From Acidobacteriota bacterium (GTDB taxonomy: Bacteria > Actinomycetota > Acidimicrobiia > Spongiisociales > ZC4RG35): 64,000 nucleotides of DNA. A program made the position numbers and the translations under genes. The notes beneath the pieces are model-generated. The model was not told where the DNA came from. It searched no databases and was given only the letters and a program-made list of their open reading frames with translations. Below, in pieces: positions 25,761 through 35,680 of this stretch (position 1 is the first letter of the stretch; every line of letters starts with the position of its first letter). The stretch is from positions 11,798 through 75,797 of the forward strand of contig JACZUI010000003.1 of NCBI GenBank assembly GCA_022573225.1, in the 5' to 3' direction.

Positions 25761-27044
25761 CTACCGGTGATCGATTGCTACGAAATCTCTGAGCGCCGGT
25801 CCGGTGTAGAGCTGTCGAGGGCGGAAGATCTTGCTGTCCGGGTCTGCCGAAAGCTCACGCCACTGCGCAATCCATCCCGGCAGTCGACCGAGGGCGAAGA
25901 GAACCGTGAACATGTCGGTTTGGAATCCCATCGCCCGGTAGATGATGCCCGAGTAGAAATCCACGTTGGGATAGAGCTTTCGTGAAACGAAGTATTCGTC
26001 CTCGAGGGCGACCTGCTCGAGTTGGATGGCCACATCTAGCAAGGGATCGTTGATTCCGAGGCCAGTGAGAACATCCTCCGCAGTCGCCTTGAGGATCTGG
26101 GCTCTCGGATCGAAGTTCTTGTAGACCCGGTGGCCGAAGCCCATCAGACGGAACGGGTCCTCCTTGTCCTTGGCCCGCTTGACGACGGTGTCGATGTCGT
26201 CTCCGCTCTCCACGATCTGCTGCAGCATCTCGAGCACAGCCTGGTTGGCGCCGCCGTGGAGAGGCCCGGAGAGGGCATGAATCCCGGCCGCGATCGAGCT
26301 GAAGATATTGGCCTGACCGGAGCCGACAAGGCGCACCGCGGAAGAAGAGCAGTTCTGCCCATGATCGGCGTGGAGGATCAGAAGCATGTTGAGCGCCTTC
26401 GCCACAACCTGGTCGACCTCGAAGTCCTCAGCGGGGATCGAGAACATCATCTTCAGAAAGTTCGAGGAGTACGGGAGTTCGTTGTCCGGGTACGCGTAAG
26501 GCTGATGAACTCGGTATTTGTAGGACCAGGCGATCATCGTTGGGGTTTTGGCGACTAGGCGGTGCGCGCTGATGTCGACCGACTCCTCGTCGAGAGGGTT
26601 GAGGGCATCGGGGTAGTAGGTGGCCAAGGCCGAGGTAGCCGATGCCAGTATCTGCATCGGATGAGCCGAATGGGGGAAGGCCTCAAACAGGTGTTTCATA
26701 TCCTCCCTCAGGAACGTGTGCCGGGTGATCGTTTCCGAGTATGTGTCGAGCTGACTCTGCGTCGGCAACTCCCCGTACTGAAGCAAATAGGAGACCTCCA
26801 GGAACTGGGCGCTCTCGGCGAGTTGCTCGATGGGGTAACCCCGATACCGGAGGATGCCCTCTTCGCCGTTGATGTAGCTGACTTTGGATTCTCTCTCGGA
26901 GGTGTTGGCGAACCCACGGTCGGCGGCGATCAGCCCTAGTTCGGCGCGCAGATTCCCCACGTCCACGGCGGTCTCGCCCTCGGTGCCGACATAAGTCGGA
27001 AGAGTCATCTCCTTGTCACCATGTCGGAGAACGGCGTCGGCCAT
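25761..27044 (-). CDS. gltA: Citrate synthase (type II)
   Basis: Full-length match, including catalytic His/Asp motifs (GFGHRVYKNFDPRA, LHADHG). The ORF runs to 27086; MADAV (27044) is the probable start. Confidence 0.9.
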   Translation of the reverse strand: MADAVLRHGDKEMTLPTYVGTEGETAVDVGNLRAELGLIAADRGFANTSERESKVSYINGEEGILRYRGYPIEQLAESAQFLEVSYLLQYGELPTQSQLDTYSETITRHTFLREDMKHLFEAFPHSAHPMQILASATSALATYYPDALNPLDEESVDISAHRLVAKTPTMIAWSYKYRVHQPYAYPDNELPYSSNFLKMMFSIPAEDFEVDQVVAKALNMLLILHADHGQNCSSSAVRLVGSGQANIFSSIAAGIHALSGPLHGGANQAVLEMLQQIVESGDDIDTVVKRAKDKEDPFRLMGFGHRVYKNFDPRAQILKATAEDVLTGLGINDPLLDVAIQLEQVALEDEYFVSRKLYPNVDFYSGIIYRAMGFQTDMFTVLFALGRLPGWIAQWRELSADPDSKIFRPRQLYTGPALRDFVAIDHR

Positions 27045-27069
27045 CCAAATCCCTTCCGATAAACCTAAG

Positions 27070-29118
27070 TCAGTCGTCCGAGGCATTCGCCGCGGCGATC
27101 ACCTGCTGGGCCTCATTGTGAGGCACTTCGGCGTAATGATCGAATTCGACTTCGAAACTACCCCGTCCTGAGGTCAATGAGCGAAGTTCGGCGGCATAGG
27201 TTTGGATTTCCGACATGGGGATCTCGGCGACAACCGATCTCGAGTTGGCTTCGCCATCCATCCCCAGAACCCGGCCCCGTTTGGAGTTGATGTCGCCCAT
27301 CACGTCGCCGAGATGCTCCTCGGGAACCGTGACGACCACTCTCATGACCGGTTCCAGAAGAATTGGCCGCAGCGATGGTGATGCCGCCCTGAACGCATGA
27401 ATACCGGCCATGCGAAAGGACATCTCGTCGGAGTCGACCGAGTGGAACTTGCCGTCATAGACCTCTGCCGAGATATCGATGACCGGGAATCCGGCCAGGA
27501 TCCCTCGACCTAACGCCTCCCGGATGCCCTTGTCGACGGCAGGGATGAATTGGCGGGGAATCGATCCGCCTTTCACCGAATCGATGTATTCGTATCCGCT
27601 TCCCCTAGGAAGGGGGGCGAATCTCACGAGCGCGACGCCAAACTGGCCACGGCCTCCGCTCTGCTTCTTGTGCTTGCCCTCGGCCTGGGCGCTCGCTGTG
27701 ATGGACTCCCTATAGGGGATGACCGGAAGGGCCGCGTCGATGTCCACTCCGTATCTGTTGTGGATGCGAGCCACAGTGACGTCGAGGTGCGTGTCGCCCT
27801 GGCCGGCCAGAATCGTCTCACCGGTGTCTGGCCGCCGATCGATTCTGAGAGTCGGGTCCTCGGATTCGATCCGATGGAGAGCTGTCGAGAGTTTCTCTTC
27901 GTCGTGGTGCGAGTGCGGGGTGATTGCGATCTCGGCCACGGGATTGGGGTACTCAACGGGCTTGATCACTACGTCAAGGCCTGGGGAGGAGAGTGTGTCT
28001 CCGGCGGAGAGCCCTTCCACCTTGGCCACAGCTCCGATACCGCCGGTGGGGAGGTCTGGCGCGTCGTTGTGGTCCCTCCCCTGAACCTTGAAGAGGTTGT
28101 GAAGCCGGATCTTGCCTCCGCTTGAGGTTCCCAGCTCCTGGTCGGCTTTGACCGTGCCTGAATAGATGCGGAACATCGAAATCCGCCCAACGAAGGGATC
28201 CGAGATCGTCTTGAAGACATATGCCAGGGCGGGTCCGTCGACACTTGGTGCAAAGGGCTCGCCCGACGACAGCGTTGGCAGCGATCGTTCGAGAGGGTTC
28301 GGGCCATAGTCCACTATGAACTCGGCGAGGATGTCGATTCCGACGAGCTTCTCGGCCGACGTGATCAGCACCGGGTCGATCTCGCCCGAGATAATTCCCT
28401 TGTGCACTGTTGCGACTATCTGCTCGCGAGACGGCTCGGTGCCTTCGAAGTACGCCTCCATCATTTCGTCGTCGGTCTCCACGACCGTCTCGATCAAGGC
28501 GGTGTGGGCGGTATGGACCCTCTCCTCGACTTCTTCGGGTAGGTCGACCTCGCTGCCGGTCTTGTCCCCCGAGTATTCGTAGGCTCGCTCGGTGGCCACC
28601 CTCACCAGCCCCTTGAGAGATCCTTCGGAACCGATCGGTACCTGAATTGGTGCGATCGCCTTGCCGAAGGAGTTGCGGAGTTGCTTGATGGTTCGCTCAT
28701 AGGAGGCACGTTCGCGGTCCAACTTGGTCACGATCACCGCCCGGGGTATTCCTTCGGTGTCGGCGACTCTCCATAGCTGCTCGGTCTGGACCTCGACACC
28801 GTCCACGCCCGAGACGACGAAGAGAGCTAGGTCCGCTGCTTTCAACGCTGAATAGGCCTCGCCCACGAAATCACTCGAACCGGGCGTATCGATGAGGTTG
28901 ATCCGATGGCCTCTCCATTCGAAGGTTGCTACCGCGAGGCCGAGGGAGATGCCCCTTTCGGTCTCCTCGGGCTCGTAGTCGAAGGTCGTGGTCCCCTGTT
29001 CGACGGTTCCTTGACGGGTGATTGCCCCGCCGACGTAGAGCAGCGCCTCGGCCAGGGTCGTCTTGCCGCTGTCGCCGTGACCAACCAGAACGACGTTTCG
29101 AACCTTTTCTGGATCCAC
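27070..29118 (-). CDS. Elongation factor G-like translational GTPase (EF-G paralog, not in the str operon)
   Basis: G1 motif VGHGDSGKTT, DTPG, TKLD, and EF-G domains II-V (HKKQSGGRGQFG). Confidence 0.85.
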   Translation of the reverse strand: MDPEKVRNVVLVGHGDSGKTTLAEALLYVGGAITRQGTVEQGTTTFDYEPEETERGISLGLAVATFEWRGHRINLIDTPGSSDFVGEAYSALKAADLALFVVSGVDGVEVQTEQLWRVADTEGIPRAVIVTKLDRERASYERTIKQLRNSFGKAIAPIQVPIGSEGSLKGLVRVATERAYEYSGDKTGSEVDLPEEVEERVHTAHTALIETVVETDDEMMEAYFEGTEPSREQIVATVHKGIISGEIDPVLITSAEKLVGIDILAEFIVDYGPNPLERSLPTLSSGEPFAPSVDGPALAYVFKTISDPFVGRISMFRIYSGTVKADQELGTSSGGKIRLHNLFKVQGRDHNDAPDLPTGGIGAVAKVEGLSAGDTLSSPGLDVVIKPVEYPNPVAEIAITPHSHHDEEKLSTALHRIESEDPTLRIDRRPDTGETILAGQGDTHLDVTVARIHNRYGVDIDAALPVIPYRESITASAQAEGKHKKQSGGRGQFGVALVRFAPLPRGSGYEYIDSVKGGSIPRQFIPAVDKGIREALGRGILAGFPVIDISAEVYDGKFHSVDSDEMSFRMAGIHAFRAASPSLRPILLEPVMRVVVTVPEEHLGDVMGDINSKRGRVLGMDGEANSRSVVAEIPMSEIQTYAAELRSLTSGRGSFEVEFDHYAEVPHNEAQQVIAAANASDD

Positions 29119-29199
29119 ACAACCTCCTCAGAAACGGGGATACGATCCTAACCCTGGGCAACCGGCAAATTTCCGAGGCGCCTGCTACTTTCTGTCGCC

Positions 29200-29769
29200 G
29201 TGATCGACATGCGGGTCCGACCCCGCGTAACCCGGCTTCTCCAGCCCATCGGCAAAGCCCTGGCAGCCATTGGTATCACCCCGGCTGCGATGACCAGCAT
29301 CGGGCTTGCCGTGGTGATCGCCGGCTCGGTGGTCATCTCCAGGGAATATCTCAAGTCGGGTGCGGTGATTGTCCTTGTCGGGGCGGCGCTCGATGGTCTC
29401 GACGGTTCCATTGCTCGAGCGTCGAACAAAGTGAGCGCTCGCGGAGCGTTCCTCGATTCTGCGTTCGATCGGATCGGCGAAATAGCAGCGTTCGCTGGTC
29501 TCGCGGTTGCATTCGCTTCTGACGAGCGAGTGCTTCTTCTGGTCGTGGTCGCCATTGGCGGTGCAATGCTTGTTCCCTACATGCGAGCCAGGGCAGAAGC
29601 CGAGGGTCTTGATGGCAGGGGCGGTCTGATGGGTCGTGCGGAGCGGATCATTCTCTTCTGCCTCGGTCTGCTGCTCGGCTATGTGGAGGCCATGCTGGTG
29701 GTCTTCGTCGTGCTCGTATGGCTCACAGCGACCATGCGCTTCTTCCACACCTACCGTTCCTTGGAGTGA
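29200..29769 (+). CDS. CDP-alcohol phosphatidyltransferase (PgsA1-like phosphatidylinositol-phosphate synthase)
   Basis: Polytopic membrane protein carrying the D-G-x2-A-R-x8-G-x3-D-x3-D motif (DGLDGSIARASNKVSARGAFLDSAFDR). Confidence 0.75.
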   Translation: MIDMRVRPRVTRLLQPIGKALAAIGITPAAMTSIGLAVVIAGSVVISREYLKSGAVIVLVGAALDGLDGSIARASNKVSARGAFLDSAFDRIGEIAAFAGLAVAFASDERVLLLVVVAIGGAMLVPYMRARAEAEGLDGRGGLMGRAERIILFCLGLLLGYVEAMLVVFVVLVWLTATMRFFHTYRSLE

Positions 29770-30647
29770 AGCAAAGCATCTCCTACTTGGCCCTGCGCGT
29801 CGGAGCCGGGTTCATCGGTCTGCTCACCGAGCGGGGGGCCCAGCGACTCGGGTCGGTGCTCGGCCTTCTTTGGCACCGTTTCGACCGAAGTCGCCGGATG
29901 ATGGCTCGTCGCCATATGGCCCGCGTCCTCGGGTCCGACGAGAACGCAGAGGCTGCGGCCCGGGACGTCCTGAAGTCATACGGGCGCTATTGGGCGGAAG
30001 CCCTTTGGATTCGGGCGAGTCGAATACCCGAGTTGCTCGAGGGAACGACAGTCGAAGGCTTGGAGATGGTGATCGCCGCTCGTGACGAAGGAAACGGAAT
30101 CGTCTTCGCATTGCCCCACATGGGCAACTGGGAAATCGCTGCCCCGCTTGCCGTTCGCGAGGGGATCCCGGTCGTTGCTGTCGCGGAGGATCTCCCCAAC
30201 CGCCGTATTACCGACTGGTTCACCCGGATGCGGGCGGAATGCGGAATTGAGATCGTGTTGGCGACGGGAAGCGCACATGTCATGAGGAGCCTCGAAGCGG
30301 CGCTGTCGGCCAACAAGGCTGTGGCGCTGCCGTCAGACCGTGATCTCAAGGGCCGGGGGGTAGAAGTGAACTTCTTTGGCGAAAAGACCACGATGCCTGC
30401 CGGACCGGCCACCCTTGCCATCCGCAACTCTGCACCCTTGATTCCCGTTGGTTCTTTCTTCGACGGTGATGGTCACCACGTCGTGGTCCATCCTCGAATC
30501 CCGATCCCTGAACAGGGGTCCCGGGTCGAGAAGGTGGCGGCAATGACTCAGGACCTGGCTTCGCATTTCGAGAAATTCATCAGGGAGGCGCCGGAACAGT
30601 GGCACCTGGTCGTGGCCAACTGGCCCTCGGACACAGAGGACTCATGA
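29766..30647 (+). CDS. Lysophospholipid/lipid A-type acyltransferase (HtrB/PatA-like PIM acyltransferase)
   Basis: The LPLAT fold, with HMGNWE standing in for the usual H(x4)D block. GTG start overlaps the pgsA stop, and the stop overlaps the pimA start (ATGA). Confidence 0.7.
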   Translation: MKQSISYLALRVGAGFIGLLTERGAQRLGSVLGLLWHRFDRSRRMMARRHMARVLGSDENAEAAARDVLKSYGRYWAEALWIRASRIPELLEGTTVEGLEMVIAARDEGNGIVFALPHMGNWEIAAPLAVREGIPVVAVAEDLPNRRITDWFTRMRAECGIEIVLATGSAHVMRSLEAALSANKAVALPSDRDLKGRGVEVNFFGEKTTMPAGPATLAIRNSAPLIPVGSFFDGDGHHVVVHPRIPIPEQGSRVEKVAAMTQDLASHFEKFIREAPEQWHLVVANWPSDTEDS

Positions 30648-31705
30648 AGATCGGAATCGTCTGTCCATACGACCTGGGGGTTCCCGGCGGGGTGCAGCAG
30701 ATAGCAATCGAGCTGACCCAAAGACTTGACGATGCGCTCCTGATCGGCCCCGGCCAGGTGTCGGGCAGTGTGCCCGTCCAATTCCGCTCGGTTGGACGGG
30801 CTCGAGCGGTTCGCGCCAACCGATCCAGGGCCCCGATCGCAATGGGACCCACGGCGTGGACCCGAACGATTCGCGCAATTGGCGAGGTTGACCTCGTCCA
30901 TGTTCACGAGCCTTTCGTTCCTGTCGTTGGGTGGGCTGCGTTGTCATTGCCGTATCCGACAGTGGCCACTTTCCATGCAGATCCTCCCCGCTGGATGAGG
31001 AGGCTGTACACCGCCACCGCCGTGGCGGGGGCAGTGTGGCTGGGAGATGCTTACCCCACCGCGGTGAGTCCGGTGGCCGCTGGCGGAATTCCCCATCGCT
31101 GGCGCCGGCCGGTCATCGTTCCCAACGCCATCGACGTGTCTTCTTATCAAGTCGACGTTGATCGCGTGCAACAGCGGGTGATCTTCCTCGGACGGGACGA
31201 TCCGCGGAAGGGCCTGGACGTCCTTCTTCGAGCCTGGCCGGCGGTTATGGCGCGACACCCCGGAGCGGAGCTCTTGGTCCTCGGCGCCGACCGACCTGCT
31301 GTCCTTCACGGCGTGACATTCTTAGGAAGAGTGACCGAACAGGAAAAGCAGGAGATGCTTGGCTCCGGAGCGATCTTCGTTGCTCCAAACAAGGGGGCCG
31401 AGAGCTTCGGCCTGATCGTGGCCGAGGCGATGGCTGCGGGGTGCGCAGTAGTTGCCTCGGATATCCCAGCGTTCAAGTACGTGGTTGGCGAAAACGGCGT
31501 TCTTTTCCCGTCTGGAGATGCTCATGCCCTATCGGCAGAACTGAATATCCTGCTCGATGATCGAGCTCGAATCGAGAGCCTGGCCGGCCTTGGTCGTGCC
31601 GCGGTGCAACGCTTTGATTGGACCCGAGTGATCAGCCAGTACATGGACGTGTACGAGTCGGCCATTCGGGGCCATGCCAGTACGATAAAAGGTCAAAAGG
31701 AGTGA
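30644..31705 (+). CDS. GT4-family glycosyltransferase (PimA-like phosphatidylinositol mannosyltransferase)
   Basis: GT-B fold with the conserved C-terminal E-x7-E region ([21 protein letters not shown]). Synteny pgsA1-acyltransferase-pimA as in Mycobacterium/Corynebacterium. Confidence 0.75.
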   Translation: MKIGIVCPYDLGVPGGVQQIAIELTQRLDDALLIGPGQVSGSVPVQFRSVGRARAVRANRSRAPIAMGPTAWTRTIRAIGEVDLVHVHEPFVPVVGWAALSLPYPTVATFHADPPRWMRRLYTATAVAGAVWLGDAYPTAVSPVAAGGIPHRWRRPVIVPNAIDVSSYQVDVDRVQQRVIFLGRDDPRKGLDVLLRAWPAVMARHPGAELLVLGADRPAVLHGVTFLGRVTEQEKQEMLGSGAIFVAPNKGAESFGLIVAEAMAAGCAVVASDIPAFKYVVGENGVLFPSGDAHALSAELNILLDDRARIESLAGLGRAAVQRFDWTRVISQYMDVYESAIRGHASTIKGQKE

Positions 31706-31707
31706 AA

Positions 31708-32589
31708 GTGGACACCGGTACCGAACGAGTCAAGAGAGGCCTCGCTGAAATGCTCAAGGGAGGCGTGATCATGGACGTGGTCACCGCCGACGAAGCGCGC
31801 ATTGCCGCCGAAGCAGGAGCGGTGGCCGTCATGGCACTGGAGCGGGTCCCGTCGGATATTCGCAAGGACGGCGGGGTGGCCCGAATGACCGATCCCATCA
31901 GGATCGAAGAAATTCAAGCAGCGGTGTCGATTCCGGTGATGGCCAAGTGCCGGATTGGGCACGTTGCCGAAGCCGCCATTCTCCAAGCGCTCAACGTCGA
32001 TTACATCGATGAGTCGGAGGTGCTCACCCCGGCAGATGACGAGCATCATGTCGACAAGTGGGCTTTCACCACGCCGTTTGTCTGCGGCGCAAGGAACCTT
32101 GGTGAGGCCCTTCGCCGTATTGGCGAGGGTGCGGCCATGATCCGGACCAAGGGAGAAGCCGGGACCGGGAACGTTGTCGAGGCGGTCCGTCACATGCGCG
32201 CAGTGACCGATGAGATCCGGGCCATCGCCTCGATGGACGAGGCCCAGCTGATGTCGGCGGCCCGTGATCACGGTGCACCATATGATCTCGTGCGGGAGGT
32301 GGCTTCCACCGGGAAGCTCCCGGTCGTGAATTTCGCCGCCGGCGGTATCGCCACACCCGCAGACGCGGCCCTGATGATGTCGCTGGGTGTCGACGGAGTT
32401 TTTGTGGGCTCTGGGATTTTCAAGAGCTCGAGCCCGGAGGCATACGCTGCGGCCATCGTGGAAGCAACCACCTTCTGGAATGAGCCGGAGGTGGTCGCCA
32501 AGGTGTCGCGTGGTCTGGGCGAGGCGATGCCCGGGATCGAGATCGAGACTCTCTCCGATTCGGAGCGTCTGGCCAGCCGGGGCTGGTGA
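31708..32589 (+). CDS. pdxS: Pyridoxal 5'-phosphate synthase lyase subunit
   Basis: GTG at 31708 preceded by AAAGGAG. Translation [18 protein letters not shown]...KCRIGH is near-canonical PdxS. Confidence 0.9.
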   Translation: MDTGTERVKRGLAEMLKGGVIMDVVTADEARIAAEAGAVAVMALERVPSDIRKDGGVARMTDPIRIEEIQAAVSIPVMAKCRIGHVAEAAILQALNVDYIDESEVLTPADDEHHVDKWAFTTPFVCGARNLGEALRRIGEGAAMIRTKGEAGTGNVVEAVRHMRAVTDEIRAIASMDEAQLMSAARDHGAPYDLVREVASTGKLPVVNFAAGGIATPADAALMMSLGVDGVFVGSGIFKSSSPEAYAAAIVEATTFWNEPEVVAKVSRGLGEAMPGIEIETLSDSERLASRGW

Positions 32590-32590
32590 C

Positions 32591-33154
32591 ATGAAGTCCG
32601 TTGGCGTTCTCGCCCTTCAGGGGGACGTCAGGGAACATCTGAATCTCCTCGACTCCCTTGGGGTCGCTACCGCCGAAGTGAAGAAGCCGCAACAGCTCGA
32701 GTTGGTTGACGCTCTGGTGATCCCCGGCGGAGAATCCACGACGATCGGGAAGATGGCGGTTCGATTCGGTCTGTTCGAGCCGCTGCGTTTGGCTATCGAG
32801 GCCGGCCTCCCGGTTTACGGGACCTGTGCCGGGATGATTCTTCTCTCGGGAACGGTTATCGACGCCGATCAGCCGCTCCTTGGTTCATTGGATGTGTTGG
32901 TCCGTCGCAATGCGTTCGGGCGTCAGAACGAGTCATTCGAGGCGGGGGTCGACGTCGAGGGATTGAGTGATCCATTCCCCGGCGTGTTCATCCGGGCACC
33001 GTGGGTGGAGAAGGTCGGGGCGGAAGTGGAAGTTCTCGGCTCGGTGGACGATCATCCGGTCATGGTGCGTCAAGGCCGCATTCTGGCCACTTCGTTCCAC
33101 CCGGAGTTGACGGGCGACGGGCGCATCCACCAGATGCTGCTGGATCTGATCTGA
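32591..33154 (+). CDS. pdxT: Pyridoxal 5'-phosphate synthase glutaminase subunit
   Basis: MKSVGVLALQGDVREH..., catalytic GTCAGMI, and FHPE; starts 2 nt after the pdxS stop. Confidence 0.9.
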   Translation: MKSVGVLALQGDVREHLNLLDSLGVATAEVKKPQQLELVDALVIPGGESTTIGKMAVRFGLFEPLRLAIEAGLPVYGTCAGMILLSGTVIDADQPLLGSLDVLVRRNAFGRQNESFEAGVDVEGLSDPFPGVFIRAPWVEKVGAEVEVLGSVDDHPVMVRQGRILATSFHPELTGDGRIHQMLLDLI

Positions 33155-33169
33155 CGTGACGGGCCACTC

Positions 33170-33916
33170 ATGAGCGGACATTCCAAGTGGGCGAACATCA
33201 AGCACCGCAAGGGCCGCCAGGACGCGGTCCGGGGCAAGCTGTTCGGAAAGCTCGCCAAACGGATCGAGGTTGCCGCTCGTGATGGGGGAGGAAGCCTCGA
33301 ATTCAACCCCACCCTGGCCACGGCAGTCGAGAAGGCCAGGTCGGCCTCGATGCCGAACGACAATATCGACCGTGCCATCAAGAGAGGAACCGGCGAGGTC
33401 GAGGGAGCGATCTATGAGGAGGCTTACTACGAGGGTTACGGGCCCGGGGGAGTGGCGTTGTACGTCCAGATCCTGACCGACAACCGCAACCGGGCGGCTT
33501 CCGATGTGAGATCCGCTTTCACCCGCCACAACGGCAACCTCGGCGAGCCGGGTTCGGTCGGTTACTTGTTCAGTCAGAAGGGTGTGATCCTCGTCAACGG
33601 GTCGGAAGACGATGTGATGCTGGTCGCTCTCGATTCTGGGGCCGAGGACATTTGGGAGTTAGGCCCGGGCTCGTTCGAGGTGATCTGTGCACCTACAGAG
33701 CTTCGATCGGTGCGATCCTCCATGGAGGACGCAGGAGTCGAGGTGGAGTCGGCCGACGTCACCCAGTTGCCGTCGAGCACGGTGCATGTCGAAAAAAGCG
33801 AGGCGAAGAAGCTGCTTCGGTTGATCGATGCTCTAGATGATCTCGACGACGTCCAGGCAGTGTTCTCCAACTACGACATCGACGACGAAGTCATGGAAGT
33901 TCTCGCCGAGGCGTGA
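33170..33916 (+). CDS. yebC: YebC/PmpR-family transcriptional regulator
   Basis: MSGHSKWANIKHRKG N-terminus; full-length 248 aa. Confidence 0.9.
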   Translation: MSGHSKWANIKHRKGRQDAVRGKLFGKLAKRIEVAARDGGGSLEFNPTLATAVEKARSASMPNDNIDRAIKRGTGEVEGAIYEEAYYEGYGPGGVALYVQILTDNRNRAASDVRSAFTRHNGNLGEPGSVGYLFSQKGVILVNGSEDDVMLVALDSGAEDIWELGPGSFEVICAPTELRSVRSSMEDAGVEVESADVTQLPSSTVHVEKSEAKKLLRLIDALDDLDDVQAVFSNYDIDDEVMEVLAEA

Positions 33917-34341
33917 CCCCGACTCTCGATGAGGTCAAGGCCTTCTTTGACGCCGAGCTCCCGTTCTTCGACCGGTTCGGATTCGAGGTTGATTCAATGG
34001 AGTCCGGCATCGGCGTAGTTCGATTTGTCTACGACGAGGCTTGGACCAGGCCGTACCGCATCATCAACGGCGGAACACTGATGGCTTTGGCCGACGTGGC
34101 GGTGTATGTCGCAGTTTTCAGCGAGGTGGGGATCGTCCCACTGGCCGTAACCAACGAGTTGAAGATGAACTTCCTCAGGCCGGCGGTCGGTGGCGATGTC
34201 ATCGCTCGGGCCGAGCTCCTCAAGGTCGGTAGGAGAGTGGTGTACGGCTCGGTCGAGGTGTTCATGGATGGGGCACCCGACCGGCTCGTGGCCCATGCCA
34301 CCAGCAGCTACGTGTTGCCGGACTCCGGCAGCTCAACCTGA
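33913..34341 (+). CDS. PaaI-family hot-dog thioesterase
   Basis: 142 aa; NGGTLMALADVAVYVA is the PaaI/4HBT active-site region. GTG start overlaps the yebC stop. Confidence 0.7.
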   Translation: MTPTLDEVKAFFDAELPFFDRFGFEVDSMESGIGVVRFVYDEAWTRPYRIINGGTLMALADVAVYVAVFSEVGIVPLAVTNELKMNFLRPAVGGDVIARAELLKVGRRVVYGSVEVFMDGAPDRLVAHATSSYVLPDSGSST

Positions 34342-34463
34342 ATTCGCCAAAAGGACGAAGGTCGTGGCGTGGTGGCGTCTCGTTTTCCGAGATTTCTTCG
34401 TTTTCTTTTGGAATGTGCTGTTTGAGGGCGGTTTCTGTCGGACCTGGCGGTTACGTTCGGGTT

Positions 34464-35591
34464 ATGGAGTGGGAGAAGGTTTCCAACGATCAGCTCGAGG
34501 AGGGTCTCGGCCAGTTCTTGGGTCTTGTTTCGGCCGGTCTGGCCAGGGTGTGCCAATGGCTGCTGGAGGTCGACCGCCGCCAACAGTTCCTGGCCGACGG
34601 GTCACCGGACCTGGTCCAGTGGCTGTCGGCCCGCTACGGGCTCGCCCATGGCACCGCCCGCCGGTTGGTCGACACTGCTCGTCGTCTCCAGGATCTGCCT
34701 GTCCTCTCCGCCGCGTTTGCTGAAGGCGATCTCTCCTTCGACCAGGTCGAGGCTGTTTCCAAGGTCGCCACACCGGAGACCGAGCTAGGGCTGGTCGAGG
34801 TGGTGCCGGGTTTGACGGTCGCCGGGCTGGAACGGGCCGCCCGCCGGGCCGACCCGCCCCACCGGTCCGACGAGATGACCGCCCACGAAGAGCGGTACCT
34901 GCACATTCAGCGGACCCTCGACGGTGTCTCCGGGAGGATGAACGCCAAGCTGCCCGGCGCCGAACTCGACGTGGTCGAGTCAGCGATCAAGGTGAGAGCC
35001 GACCGGGTACCGGTAAACCCTGAGACCGGGAGGTTCGACCCCTACCCCCAGCGGATGGCCGACGGCCTGGTGGAACTGGCTTCCACCACCGGAAACGACA
35101 ACGAGACACCCCCGCAGATAACCGTCAACGCCGACCTGGCAGCCCTGGTAACCGAAACTTCAGGTGTCACCGAAACCGGGTTGGGCTCCCTGATACCCAA
35201 CGACACCGCCCGAAGGCTGTCCTGTGATTCGATCGTCGAATGCGCCGTCTACCGGAACAACCGGGTCGTCGGGGTGGGACGGCGGACCAGGACGGTCCCC
35301 GGGTGGCTGCGACGGCTGCTCCAGGCCCGCGACGGGGGATGCCGGTTCCCCGGCTGCGGACGGACCACCTGGGTCCACGCCCACCACATCCTCCACTGGA
35401 GCCAAGGAGGACCCACCGACCTGGACAATCTGATCCTTCTCTGCGGATGGCACCACCGGTTCCTCCACGAACACATATGGAAGATCACAAACGATCAAGG
35501 GCGGTTCACCTTCCACAGACCCGACGGCTCCGCCTACCCACCGGCCCGACCCGAACTCCACCCACGACTCAAAGCCCTGCTCTCTACCTAG
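34464..35591 (+). CDS. DUF222-HNH endonuclease (mycobacterial REP13E12-family-like selfish/mobile-associated nuclease)
   Basis: N-terminal DUF222-like helical domain; C-terminal HNH motif with Zn-binding cysteines (CRFPGC...HAHHILHWSQGG...NLILLCGWHHRFLHE). Preceded by an unusually AT-rich ~120 bp. Confidence 0.8.
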   Translation: MEWEKVSNDQLEEGLGQFLGLVSAGLARVCQWLLEVDRRQQFLADGSPDLVQWLSARYGLAHGTARRLVDTARRLQDLPVLSAAFAEGDLSFDQVEAVSKVATPETELGLVEVVPGLTVAGLERAARRADPPHRSDEMTAHEERYLHIQRTLDGVSGRMNAKLPGAELDVVESAIKVRADRVPVNPETGRFDPYPQRMADGLVELASTTGNDNETPPQITVNADLAALVTETSGVTETGLGSLIPNDTARRLSCDSIVECAVYRNNRVVGVGRRTRTVPGWLRRLLQARDGGCRFPGCGRTTWVHAHHILHWSQGGPTDLDNLILLCGWHHRFLHEHIWKITNDQGRFTFHRPDGSAYPPARPELHPRLKALLST

Positions 35592-35680
35592 GGGCAGTCG
35601 CCCCCGCCTCCGCCACCAGAATCTCTCAACTCGCCAGAAACCTTGGATCGCTTATGACGACCACTACAGTCATAGAACAT

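Noticed and set aside
31693-32592. 299-aa minus-strand ORF
   Set aside because: Antisense of the highly conserved pdxS gene.
35592-35680. LexA (GAAC-N4-GTTC) or Cheo-box SOS operator upstream of ruvC
   Set aside because: No such palindrome is present in the 90 nt before ruvC; the SOS promoter, if any, may have been displaced by the HNH gene insertion.
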